DNA from: Polyangiaceae bacterium
GTDB lineage: Bacteria > Myxococcota_A > Polyangia > Polyangiales > Polyangiaceae
Direction: 5' to 3'
DNA: 64,000 nucleotides
Assembly: GCA_033763455.1 (NCBI GenBank)
Contig: JANRKO010000006.1
Span: forward strand, 480,001 to 544,000
This document shows, in pieces, positions 32,015 to 41,566 of the stretch. The position numbers were made by a program, and so were the translations under genes. The notes beneath the pieces are model-generated. The model did not search any database and was not told the origin of the DNA. It saw nothing but the letters and a program-made list of their open reading frames with translations. Position 1 is the stretch's first letter, and each line of letters begins with the position of its first letter.

Positions 32015-32398
32015 TCAGGACTTGAACACTTGAAGGCCAATTTTTTGAGCCATTTGCGAAAAGATCGCATCACCTGACCAGAGCTCGGCTTGGGCATCGA
32101 ATGCACATTGGGCCACGTGGGCATCCGGAGTCGAAACCGACAACCCGAGGCGGCGACACTTGGCTCGCAGCTCCCCGACGGAACACCAGTGCTCAAGGGG
32201 CGTGGGGTGAAGAGGCAAGTCCTCAAGCACCCGCCGGATGGCAGCTCGTTCCCGGGGGCTCAACGGGGCGCTCAGGAGCTCAGCCGCCACCACTGGCACG
32301 AGCAAGACCCGTCCATCCTCCAGAAGCGAATCGAGCGCACCGGCGCCGGTGCCGCGGAAGTACTCAACCCAGATCGAGGTATCAACGACCACGTTCAC
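32015..32398 (-). CDS. vapC: PIN-domain toxin VapC
   Basis: VVDTSIWV, VAAELL, STPDAHVA, WSGD; overlaps upstream antitoxin. Confidence 0.9.
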   Translation of the reverse strand: MNVVVDTSIWVEYFRGTGAGALDSLLEDGRVLLVPVVAAELLSAPLSPRERAAIRRVLEDLPLHPTPLEHWCSVGELRAKCRRLGLSVSTPDAHVAQCAFDAQAELWSGDAIFSQMAQKIGLQVFKS

Positions 32399-32594
32399 GC
32401 GAGACTCCAAGATCGATGTCAAGGTTGAGCTTCCCGCGTAGGGCCTTGGCGCGTGTGGCGGCCTGACGCCGGCGGAGAAGCTCAAGCCCTTCAATGATGG
32501 TCTCGGTGATGCCCGTGCCAGAAACTCGCTGGGCAGTGCCGAGGAGGTCCGCCGGGAGATTCACGGTGACGCGTTTCACGGGTCCTTCATGCAT
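32382..32594 (-). CDS. vapB: VapB-type antitoxin
   Basis: 70 aa; KRVTVNLPADLL...TETIIEGL RHH-like; directly upstream of the PIN toxin. Confidence 0.8.
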   Translation of the reverse strand: MHEGPVKRVTVNLPADLLGTAQRVSGTGITETIIEGLELLRRRQAATRAKALRGKLNLDIDLGVSRERGR

Positions 32595-33215
32595 ACCACT
32601 ATCCTGATGGGCGTATGTACGTCCGTCAAGCACGAGGTGAACGTCCACTTTCGAGGAACGGCTAGCTTCGGCGTCACAGCGCAGCTCGGTTCTAAACGGC
32701 TCTAGCGCGAAACCCGCCCGCTGACTTACGCTCGATCGTGGCGGATGGTTCCCCTTCTACTGATCGGAAGCGGCTCACGAGTGAAGAGCTGCGCCGCCGT
32801 GGCCGAGGCCAATGAGATCCTCAACAATGAACCCGCCGAGGTAGTCTTCCTAGCCAATGCTGATCGGTCCAATTGGTCCGCGCTGGAGTCCTTTGGGGAG
32901 CGTTGGCCCGGGCTTCCGGTGGTGATCTTGGGGGAAGCGGGGGCTGACCCAAGCTCTGCACAACAAGCGCTGGGGCAGGGGCCGCAGATTACTTGGAGCC
33001 GCGCTTTAGCTCCGAACAGGGAACCGCAGTGTGGCCGCGCGGCTCTTGAACGTGAGCCGCTCCACTTTGTACAACAAGCTCCAAGAACACGGGATGCTTT
33101 AAGGAGCGTACGAGCATCAGTTGACACCCCTGCCAACTCAGTTTGCTACCTTAGGGGGCGGATGGGGAATTTGCCGCGGCGTTTGACTGGCACCGTAGTT
33201 GCTTCCGTTTGGGCG

Positions 33216-34415
33216 ATGCGCGGTGTGCTCAATGGCGGATTGCTTGCTGGCTTCCTTCTAACTGGTTGTTCCGACTACCTCTCGGATGCGGACTCAGGCG
33301 GGCAGGTGAGCCTTATGCTCGACCTTACGGGTGCGGAAAGAGAAGCAATCGTCTTCACGCTTGACGATTCTCCGAACGCATCGGCACTTCGAACGGAGTT
33401 GGCCTCGCAGTTTCTGAAGTACACAGCGTACCAGCGGGTGGCGGAAGATCCTGCAAGGTGGGAGGCAGTCTCACTGGATGTGGTTATCGTGAGGCCGTCG
33501 GAGCCACCCTCGACGCGTTTTCACACCTCTGTTGACGATCCGCGCCTGCACTGGGAATCGCCCAACCGTACCCCGGCAGGGGCGAAGCATTTTCAAGCAG
33601 GAGTGGCGGCGGCGATCCAAGAGTCTATTGGAGATGGGGCCGCTCCTTTGGCCCTCCTCGAAAGCTGGGCTAGAGCTACGGACTTGATGATGGAGCGAGA
33701 AGTGTCTGTGACCCCCGGCGAACGACGGCTTGTTGAGGTCACTACGCGCGACTTCCCGGCCATTGCTTCATATCTTCTGACCGCCAATGACGACCGAAGC
33801 CCGCTCCCTGCCGCCGCTTACCAGCGAGAGTATACCCCCGCCGCGTGGAGCGCATCGGTGATCTGGGCTGGAGGGGAGAGGGCAAAGAAATGTGAATCCA
33901 AGGTCGCGAATGCGCTGCCGAGGCTAAACGGCTGGCTCAATAAGAACGATCGCGTTGAACACTGGCCGTGCGAGGATTCGTGGGTGTTCGCCCGCGGAGT
34001 TGCTGACGGCTATCCGCGCTGCATTGATCCCAGTATCGCGGTGGTTGACGGGCAGGCTCAGTGTCGCATTCTGGTCGACACTCGGGGCAGCTGCGCGACA
34101 GCAAGGGGATGGGATAACTCCATGGGGAGCAACGAAATGCGTGTCCCGAGCTTCGTGAATAATTCGAGTGGGCTTCGCACTTGCGAAATGGTTCAGCTCG
34201 AAGGGGCCGCGCTTGAAAGTTGTCGACACGATTTGCAGTGCACTGACTGCAAGCCAGGCTGGTGCTGGACGGAGGTCCCAGAGCTCACACGCGCTCGGGC
34301 ATGCCGGGAGGGATCGGTTCCCTTTTCACGCTTCCGGATGGTGCTGGGTGCTGACATGGCTGACAGCGCTTATGCCGGTCCGGTGCGCATCACGTGCAAC
34401 CTCGCACCGAAGTAA
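33216..34415 (+). CDS. Cys-rich lipoprotein of unknown function
   Basis: Lipobox LLTGC after ATG 33216 (alternative ATG 33162); C-terminal domain with many Cys (CTDCKPGWCW). Confidence 0.7.
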   Translation: MRGVLNGGLLAGFLLTGCSDYLSDADSGGQVSLMLDLTGAEREAIVFTLDDSPNASALRTELASQFLKYTAYQRVAEDPARWEAVSLDVVIVRPSEPPSTRFHTSVDDPRLHWESPNRTPAGAKHFQAGVAAAIQESIGDGAAPLALLESWARATDLMMEREVSVTPGERRLVEVTTRDFPAIASYLLTANDDRSPLPAAAYQREYTPAAWSASVIWAGGERAKKCESKVANALPRLNGWLNKNDRVEHWPCEDSWVFARGVADGYPRCIDPSIAVVDGQAQCRILVDTRGSCATARGWDNSMGSNEMRVPSFVNNSSGLRTCEMVQLEGAALESCRHDLQCTDCKPGWCWTEVPELTRARACREGSVPFSRFRMVLGADMADSAYAGPVRITCNLAPK

Positions 34416-34985
34416 CCCGTCCCACTAGGCCCCCATTTCCTGGCTTTACTGAGCATTTCGCGTGCTTTTTGAGGCCGTCCACTGGGGAGTATATTCCCGC
34501 CGCATAGTTGCGACCATTCGGGAGTTGGTTCCCGAATGGTGCGACGGCCCTCAAGGTAGAGTGGGGAAGTAGATCGAGGTCTGCTAAAGCTGATTCAGGC
34601 GCATCTCAGCGAGCGCATCGTGCTTGAAGCCAAGCTTTCCGACCCCACGTTGAGCCCGAACCTCGAAGCGCCCGGGCGTTTCTATCCGAGCCTGCGGCTC
34701 GTCTGCAAGCTAGAGGGTGGCGCCCGCACATTTCCTGCGGGCGCGTCGGCGGGCGGTGCGGCAGCGTGGCTCGTTCAAATTGACCAAGCGATCCACGTTT
34801 AAACGCCCACGTGTTGGCAAGCGAGGAAGTGTCCGGATTGTTGCACACTTGTTTTGGCAGGGCCGGATTCGCGCAGTGCCTCCCTGCCGCGTCGGAGCGC
34901 TGAGTGAGGCAAATGCTCTTCGCGGGGGCTGAGGCACCGTGCCTCCGCTGCACTTGGTGAGAAGGTGCGGCCAAAGCCCTAGAAA

Positions 34986-35957
34986 CTAAGGATACTCGCG
35001 GCGGCCATCCAGGTATTGCACCATCGATAAGGAAAGCTCAACGTTGCGTGCCTCTAAGCTATCGAGCAGCTGCGCTTTGGTCCGACACCCCACGATAGGG
35101 AATGTTGGAAAGGGTTGGGCCATGAGGTAACCAAGCACGATTTGGGTCAGGCTTCGGGAGGTAGCTTCGGCAACATGCTGGGCTCGCCGCATGCGCTCGC
35201 GGTTAACCTCACTTTCGAACATGCGATCCAAGCTGCCGGGCACTCGAGCCAGCTCTTTAGCTTTGTGAAACCAGCCGCCAGCTTGGGAGCCGTAGGCCGC
35301 GCATGCCAGGCCTGTCTGCTCGTGGTAGGCAAACATTGCCTCGTCCATTGCCAGCGACGTTGGATCCGAAAGCCGCGAAGCTTCTACGTGAGCCAGGCTA
35401 AAGCGCACCTGGTTAGCGCAAAATCCCATGCATTTTTGGACGTCTCGGTAGGCTGCGGCTTCGGCGATGCGCGCCACCGACCAGTTTGAGCAAGCGAAGT
35501 AGCGGATCTTGCCGGCCTGAACCTCTGCGTTCAATGCATCCAAAATCTCCGCTACCGGTCGGGTCGGATCGTCGCGGTGCAGCCAATAGAGATCGATGTA
35601 ATCTGTGTCAAGGTGGCTCAGGCTGGCGTTGATGTCGGCACGCAGCTCAGCTGGCGAGAGACGTGGAACGTGCATCGTGCTGAGTTCCGGGTGGCAGCCT
35701 TTGGTGGCAATAGTGAGGGACGCCCGGTTCCTTCGCTCCCGCACCCAGGCACCAATCGTTTTTTCGCTTTGGCTTTTTTCGCCTGGCAACCAATCACTGT
35801 ACACTTTTGCCGTGTCGAGAAACGTTCCGCCGTGCTCGACATAGGTATCGAACAATTGGAAGGTGACGTGCGGTTCCGGATCCTTGCCCAGGGTTGCGCA
35901 CCCTAAAGCGATGCTGGAAGGAACGAGATCGGTGCCAGGGATGCGCTGGTACTTCAT
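34986..35957 (-). CDS. Aldo/keto reductase
   Basis: FLDTAKVY, SEKTIG, IATK, DYIDLYWLHRDD, GKIRYFACSNW. Confidence 0.95.
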   Translation of the reverse strand: MKYQRIPGTDLVPSSIALGCATLGKDPEPHVTFQLFDTYVEHGGTFLDTAKVYSDWLPGEKSQSEKTIGAWVRERRNRASLTIATKGCHPELSTMHVPRLSPAELRADINASLSHLDTDYIDLYWLHRDDPTRPVAEILDALNAEVQAGKIRYFACSNWSVARIAEAAAYRDVQKCMGFCANQVRFSLAHVEASRLSDPTSLAMDEAMFAYHEQTGLACAAYGSQAGGWFHKAKELARVPGSLDRMFESEVNRERMRRAQHVAEATSRSLTQIVLGYLMAQPFPTFPIVGCRTKAQLLDSLEARNVELSLSMVQYLDGRREYP

Positions 35958-36029
35958 ATGGGCGAAGAACCTAGCCCACTAAGCCGGGCAAGGCTCCCAT
36001 CCGGTACTCAGCCTGCTGAAGTAACCCCC

Positions 36030-36070
36030 AAAAACGAAAACCCCCCGCGCCACAAGTGACGCGAGGGGCC
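36030..36070 (-). terminator. Rho-independent terminator after the gluconolactonase-like gene
   Basis: Minus strand CCCCTCGCGTCAC-TT-GTGGCGCGGGGGG followed by TTTTCGTTTTT. Confidence 0.8.
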
Positions 36071-36099
36071 TTCTACCTCCTCCACTTAAGATCAGAGAC

Positions 36100-37335
36100 T
36101 CACTGCGGATAACCGCGGACGTTCATGCGCACCTGCCAAACACCAGCCGCTTCTGGGCCGCCCCAGTTGGGGTTCGTCAAGAACAGCGTTTTGCCGTCGT
36201 CGCCACCGAACGTGACGTTCGTGTTGTAGTCGATTCCAGCGGGGGCGGGGATCTCACCGATACTCTGGCCCTGAGCGTTGAAAACCAGAAGGCGGTTGGG
36301 CCCGCCGACGGTCACGTAGATGTTGCCGGCGCAGTCGCGCGCCATACCATCGGTGCCCGCGATTGCCTCGGCCAACTCATTCGTCGCCGGGAAAAGGCGA
36401 ACGCCATTGCTGAGTTCGCCGTCTTCCGAAAGGTCAAAGCGGTAAGCGCCTTCAGCGCCGCCCACAAAGAGAGCCTTCTCATCCAAGCTCAGCATGATGC
36501 CATTGGGCTTGTTTCGCAGGTTAGTGCGCCCATCTGCCAGGGTGATATCGAGCGCGGTGACGTTACCTTCCGGATCCACCCGGTACACGCGCTCGCCCTC
36601 GGTGCGCAGAGGCGTATTTTGCCCGGTAATGGGATCGGTAACCCAATCGGGGAAATCACCGCCGCCCTGACGGGTGACCTTATAGTCTACGCCTGCCGGC
36701 ACGTTCCAGGATGGATCCGTGAAGTAGACCGTTCCGTCGCGGGCGATCGTGACGTCGTTCGGGGCATTGAAGGGCTTGCCATTGTACAGGCCAGCGACCG
36801 TTGTTGGCTTCTTTCCAGGGTTATTCCACTTGAAGCTGGTGACCGAACCATCCAGTTGACGGCCTGCGATCAGCTTGCCTTGGAAGCTTACGCCCATGCC
36901 GTTCGTTCCGGCCTTATCCACGTCGAGGAACTTCACCGCGGGCGTACCCGGCACGAGCTTCCAGATAACGCTGGCGTTGCCAGGCCCGATGTTCGAGTAG
37001 TAGAGCGCGCCGTTGAACCAGGTGGGGCCCTCGACGTTATCTTGCCCAACGCCACCCCAGTTGAGTGCAACGCCAGGTACGCGGGACCAGGCCGATTGCG
37101 CGGGGAAGCTGACCTGCACCTTGCGATCTGCTGCCTTGCAGAAGCGGTCGGGCGCAACGACGTTATCGTCATCATCCTCCTCTTCTTCTACGGCCTGATT
37201 CAGACTGCTGGGTGAAAGTTCGTCTGCACTGTCGCCCTCGGTGCCGGGTGCGGCACTGCAGCCCACGAGGGACGTGCCAGCGAGCAGGCAAGAACCTGCA
37301 AGGAGGGCAGAAACGCCCGACTTTAATGACTTCAT
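36100..37335 (-). CDS. SMP-30/gluconolactonase/LRE-family lipoprotein
   Basis: Lipobox LVGC, EGPTW, NAPND, YFTDP, PNGI, DGM motifs; AGGAG RBS. Confidence 0.9.
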   Translation of the reverse strand: MKSLKSGVSALLAGSCLLAGTSLVGCSAAPGTEGDSADELSPSSLNQAVEEEEDDDDNVVAPDRFCKAADRKVQVSFPAQSAWSRVPGVALNWGGVGQDNVEGPTWFNGALYYSNIGPGNASVIWKLVPGTPAVKFLDVDKAGTNGMGVSFQGKLIAGRQLDGSVTSFKWNNPGKKPTTVAGLYNGKPFNAPNDVTIARDGTVYFTDPSWNVPAGVDYKVTRQGGGDFPDWVTDPITGQNTPLRTEGERVYRVDPEGNVTALDITLADGRTNLRNKPNGIMLSLDEKALFVGGAEGAYRFDLSEDGELSNGVRLFPATNELAEAIAGTDGMARDCAGNIYVTVGGPNRLLVFNAQGQSIGEIPAPAGIDYNTNVTFGGDDGKTLFLTNPNWGGPEAAGVWQVRMNVRGYPQ

Positions 37336-37708
37336 GATGTGACTCCTTAGGTTGGATTGAAAGTATGCATTGAGCCGCATTTTCAACACGCATCGCAAAG
37401 CCACGTGTGATTGCGACTTAAACCCCTGCTAACAACAAAGGCCCCGCTGCATCCGGGTGTGCGGATAGCACACACCGCGAAAGGGTGTAAATCAAAATCG
37501 CATTTGACATCAACCTGTAACGGCGTCGTTTTCGAAATCGTCGCCGTGCGAGTTGTGTCTGGGTTGCTAGCCGCTGGTTGCATAGCCGAAACGCTCATGC
37601 TGGTGAGCGAAGTTCAGGTTGAACGCAAGAATTTAGGATTTACCCAAACTCTACACCTTGAATTGCAGGCTCTCCGCGCCTCTAGATTCGATGTCGATCC
37701 TGTTGAGT

Positions 37709-37745
37709 TGTTCAAGCCTTGAGCAGAGTGTTCAAATGTTGAACA
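37709..37745. promoter_or_regulatory. Two tandem palindromic operator-like sites TGTTCA-N5-TGA(G/A)CA
   Basis: TGTTCAAGCCTTGAGCA at 37709 and TGTTCAAATGTTGAACA at 37729, 20 bp apart, in AT-rich intergenic DNA. Confidence 0.55.
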
Positions 37746-37853
37746 ATCAGTGTTGAGAGCAATTATTCAGTGTCGGAAGCGTCTTCCGGGAGTGGCCCGA
37801 GCTGGAGCCGCCGCTGCCGTAAACTAGGATTCGCCTGTCGAATCCAGCAAAGG

Positions 37854-39245
37854 CTAACGTTCCCCCACACGTTTGCGTGGACGAACAATCTCGTATTCGC
37901 TTAAGCGGCTGATAAGAGTGCCTCGAGATATACCGAGCATTACTGCCGCCCGGGATTGATTCCCACCACAGTGGTCGAGTGCATCGAGAATGCGCTGGCG
38001 CTCTAAGTTGCGCAGGTTGTCTTTGAGGCGCGGAACAGGGGAGCTCTGGGGCCGCTCGGAGGCACGGGCGCTGCGGGCGCGGATGCGAGTGGGCAGGTGT
38101 TCTGGCTGGATGTTTTCACCGGCTCTGAGGGCCACGGCCTGTTCGATGGCGCTCCTTAGCTCCCGCACGTTACCAGGCCATGTATAGGCCAAGAGGAGCT
38201 GGCGTGCTTCGTGGGATAACGTTGGAACCCGCGTTATCCCAAGGTGCAAGCACATGTTCCGCGCAAAACGCTCGGCGAACGGGACGATTTCTTCGATCCG
38301 GTCACGGAGCGGCGGTATCGACAGGGTGACCCCGGCGATACGGTAAAATAGATCGGACCGAAAATTGCCGTCCGCACAGTGAGCCTCTAGATCTCGGTTG
38401 GTGGCCGCTATGAGTCGGTTATCCGCCGCGTACGGCGTGGTCCCGCCGGGACGCACCACCTGGCGTTCTTCCAGAACACGCAGTAATTGGGCTTGAGCGC
38501 TCATCGGCAGGTCGCCCACTTCATCCAAAAATACCGTACCTCCGTGTGCAGCTTCGAACAGCCCCGGACGCAACGAAACCGTGCCATTGGAGCCCGCTTT
38601 ATGTTCTCCAAACAACTCACCTTCGAGCAGGCTCTCGGGCAAGCTCGCGCAGTTTAATGGCATGAAAGGCTGCTTCGCGCGCGCCGAAGCCTTGTGGAGT
38701 GCGTGCGCTAGCACATCCTTGCCAACGCCCGCTTCTCCCACCAAAAGCACGCTGAGGTTGCTTTGGGCTGCTCGCAGCCCTCGCTGATACACCGCTTCCA
38801 TCGCCGGAGCACCAATGATGAGGCTGGTGTCGTCTTCGGCGGCGGCCGGTGTGGACCTGAGCAGGTCGGAAAGCAGCGAGTGCCTCTCCCTCTGCGCGCG
38901 CACGGAGGCCAAGAGCTCGCGCAGCTCGAACGGCTTGGTGAGGTAATCATCCGCACCACAGCGCATAGATGTTCGTAGATCCGCAGGCTGCGCTCCTCCG
39001 GACAACAAGATGAACGGGATCCCCGCGGTTTCAGGATAATCGCGAACTGCGCGCAGCACGTAGTGCCCATCCATAATCTGCGCCGAGACGTCACACACGA
39101 TCACGTCCGGATGTTGTGCTAAAGCAGCGGAAATCCCTGTCTTGGCGTCCGCGGCCCCGATACCTTCAAACCCTTCACCCAGCACCAGTTGTAACAGGCG
39201 CTCTCGGCTATCTTGATCGTCATTGATGACTAAGATCCGTTCCAT
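37854..39245 (-). CDS. NtrC-like regulator (REC-AAA+-Fis HTH) with degenerate GAFTGA loop
   Basis: REC (CDV, KPF), Walker A GEAGVGKD, FLDEVG, WPGNVREL, GNQSRAA HTH. Confidence 0.92.
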   Translation of the reverse strand: MERILVINDDQDSRERLLQLVLGEGFEGIGAADAKTGISAALAQHPDVIVCDVSAQIMDGHYVLRAVRDYPETAGIPFILLSGGAQPADLRTSMRCGADDYLTKPFELRELLASVRAQRERHSLLSDLLRSTPAAAEDDTSLIIGAPAMEAVYQRGLRAAQSNLSVLLVGEAGVGKDVLAHALHKASARAKQPFMPLNCASLPESLLEGELFGEHKAGSNGTVSLRPGLFEAAHGGTVFLDEVGDLPMSAQAQLLRVLEERQVVRPGGTTPYAADNRLIAATNRDLEAHCADGNFRSDLFYRIAGVTLSIPPLRDRIEEIVPFAERFARNMCLHLGITRVPTLSHEARQLLLAYTWPGNVRELRSAIEQAVALRAGENIQPEHLPTRIRARSARASERPQSSPVPRLKDNLRNLERQRILDALDHCGGNQSRAAVMLGISRGTLISRLSEYEIVRPRKRVGER

Positions 39246-39551
39246 ACGCCCGGCTGGAAAATCCTCTCGAAGACCCAGGGGGTCCCTTCGAGCACACAGT
39301 TCCCCACACCCGAGGGGAGCGCAATAGCTAGTTGTTTTGAGGGTAAATGGGGCAACCTATGTGGGCCACGCGGCCGGTTCTCTCATGCGCGCGTTGGTGA
39401 TAGTTAATTATTCGCATCAAAGTGCCAATTAGCTGCAAATCTTCCCTGCTTCCTTCGCGCGAGGGGGTTGCTTCCAGGTTCAGACATCGGGTGCGACTAA
39501 GGATCGATCTTTTGCGGTTGGGCGCCAAGCGGCGCTCGGTGTAGGAACGAG

Positions 39552-39938
39552 TTGCTAACTGGTGCCCGCCACGGGGAGGCAAAGGTGAAAGAGGAGAGAA
39601 GAAGGATCGAACAACGAGCAGTTAAACGAGCTGCGCTGAATCCTCCTCGCGGCCTCGAAGCGTTCACCTTTCGAGTGGATGATGAAGAGTATACGCTGTT
39701 CAGCTTTCCCCTGAGAGAGGTCGAAACCCCCGAGGGGCTGACGGAGGCAGAGCGAGAAGTGGTGCGGGCTGTGCTGGAAGGTCGCCGCAACGCAGAGATC
39801 GCTCGTGCTCGGGGAGCAGCGAGCAGTACTGTCGCGAATCAGCTCCAGTCCATTTACAGAAAGCTGGGCGTCTCAAATCGGCGAGAACTAATTCAGCGGT
39901 GCCTGCCGGGGCTGGTTAAAGGGAATGTTGGAGGATGA
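39552..39938 (+). CDS. Small LuxR-type HTH protein
   Basis: LTEAEREVVRAVLEGRRNAEIA...TVANQLQSIYRKLGV; start uncertain. Confidence 0.85.
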   Translation: MLTGARHGEAKVKEERRRIEQRAVKRAALNPPRGLEAFTFRVDDEEYTLFSFPLREVETPEGLTEAEREVVRAVLEGRRNAEIARARGAASSTVANQLQSIYRKLGVSNRRELIQRCLPGLVKGNVGG

Positions 39939-40138
39939 GAATCAGTGGCGGAGGTTACATTTGGGCCTGGATACAGCGCGAGCGTGGCAAAGCCAGTGTG
40001 GACGCAGATGCGGTGCGCGATCCAAAAGGAATGCTGCTCCATGCTGAGCGGAGCCTCGGCGCGCGCGCGGTTAGAGCGTTAGTTGACAATCGGGAGCGGC
40101 TGGGGTGCTCTCAACGCGTCTTGGGGCCACGAGGTTAG
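39935..40138 (+). pseudogene. Relic paralog of the downstream LuxR-family gene
   Basis: SVDADAVRDPKGMLLHAE aligns with SVDADAVLTPEGKVLHAE in 40148..41194. Confidence 0.6.
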
Positions 40139-40147
40139 GCGGCAAGG

Positions 40148-41194
40148 ATGACGGCATTTATCGTTGGCGACCCCATCTGGATCGAGAATAGCGCGCGGCC
40201 GGTTAAGCGCGATTACCTGAAAATTCTGGACGCGGTGTACGATCTGCGGGCAGCCGATCAGGAATGGCTGACGGGAGTGCTTCGCGCGACAAATGCCGCC
40301 ATCGGGCGTGGCTGCGGCGCGTACGCCTTCTACTATGACGTTGCGGCAGATTTTACTCGGCTCTATGTGCAGAGTCCTGTGTTTCTGGATTGCCCGTCCG
40401 GCTTCCTGGAGGCGTGCATGTCGGCGGCACCAGAGGTCGGAAGTGAGCTCATCCGAGCGGCCTTCTTGGGTGCTGCCTGCAGGAGCTTTAGTGATGCCAA
40501 GGCCTCGCTTGGCCTTGTCGAACCAAGCGAAGCTGAACGCATCGTGCAGGCGGCCTCAGGCCTTGTGGATCAGTTCGTTGTAAATGCTTGGGAGACACCT
40601 GGCCACGGCACCGCTGTCTTGCTCTTGGCTGAGAAGCGCATGCCGTTTCCCCGCAGAAATGCGGCCATTATGACGAAAGTCTCGCGCCATATAGCTGCGG
40701 GGCGTCGCCTGCGGGAGTTCGTTCAGCGGGGCGCCGGCGTGGTTTCCGTGGATGCGGATGCGGTGCTCACTCCAGAGGGAAAAGTGTTGCACGCGGAGCC
40801 CAACTCTGCGGGCAAGCTCGAAAGGTCACAGCTTTCGGAAGCTGTGAGAGTGCTCGCGGAAAGTCGCCAGAGCCTGGCTAAATCCGATCCGGAGGCGGTG
40901 GTGCGGCTTTGGACGGCTCTTGTGCAAGGCCAATGGTCGCTCGTGAGCTCCGTAGACACCGATGGCAAGCGCTTTATGGTAGCGCGCCGCAATGCCCCGA
41001 GCTTTCGGGATCCGGCCGCGCTCACGCGCGAGGAACGCCACCTCGCTGTACTTTTTGCCGCCGGTCACCCAGGAAAGCTGGTGGCCTATGAGCTTGGGCT
41101 AGCGCCCTCCACCGTGTCGCAACGGCTGAAGTCGGTGTTGAGAAAGCTGAAGTTGCGTTCACTGGCCGAGCTCGTGCAAATCTTGGGACCGTGA
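40148..41194 (+). CDS. LuxR-family regulator with N-terminal sensor-like region
   Basis: C-terminal LTREER...KLVAYELGLAPSTVSQRLKSVLRKL. Confidence 0.85.
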   Translation: MTAFIVGDPIWIENSARPVKRDYLKILDAVYDLRAADQEWLTGVLRATNAAIGRGCGAYAFYYDVAADFTRLYVQSPVFLDCPSGFLEACMSAAPEVGSELIRAAFLGAACRSFSDAKASLGLVEPSEAERIVQAASGLVDQFVVNAWETPGHGTAVLLLAEKRMPFPRRNAAIMTKVSRHIAAGRRLREFVQRGAGVVSVDADAVLTPEGKVLHAEPNSAGKLERSQLSEAVRVLAESRQSLAKSDPEAVVRLWTALVQGQWSLVSSVDTDGKRFMVARRNAPSFRDPAALTREERHLAVLFAAGHPGKLVAYELGLAPSTVSQRLKSVLRKLKLRSLAELVQILGP

Positions 41195-41227
41195 CATGGC
41201 CCCGATTCGGCAGTAGCCTGCCCCCCG

Positions 41228-41554
41228 ATGCAGCGCCACCGTTGGTTCCCTATCGTCGCAATCTTCATCGCCTTTGGCCCCCTTTCAGGGTGTTACCACT
41301 ACCGTGTTGCCCCAGTGCAAACTGTGCCCGCTGATGATGGCCACGCTGTGGTGCGTCACTCGATGTTTTGGGGCTTGATGCAGAGCCGTGCAGAGCAGCC
41401 CAATTGCCAAGGTAATGGCAGTGCCGAAGTGGTGGCTAGCTCCAACTTGGGGTTTGCTTTTATTTCCGTGGCCACGCTTGGGATCTGGATGCCCATGACG
41501 CTCGAATGGAAGTGCGCCAAGGATCGAGTGCGTGTGGAAACAGGCTTGGATTGA
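41228..41554 (+). CDS. Bor/Iss-like small lipoprotein
   Basis: Lipobox LSGC, FWGL, central Cys, TLGIWMPMTLEWKC. Confidence 0.7.
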   Translation: MQRHRWFPIVAIFIAFGPLSGCYHYRVAPVQTVPADDGHAVVRHSMFWGLMQSRAEQPNCQGNGSAEVVASSNLGFAFISVATLGIWMPMTLEWKCAKDRVRVETGLD

Positions 41555-41566
41555 AGGGCAGAAGGC

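Noticed and set aside
33121..33152. Sigma70 promoter TTGACA...TACCTT
   Set aside because: 20-bp spacer is too long; only the extended -10 part is plausible
39414..39428. Sigma54 promoter on minus strand (TTGGCACTTTGATGC)
   Set aside because: GG-to-GC spacing is 9 nt rather than the required 10
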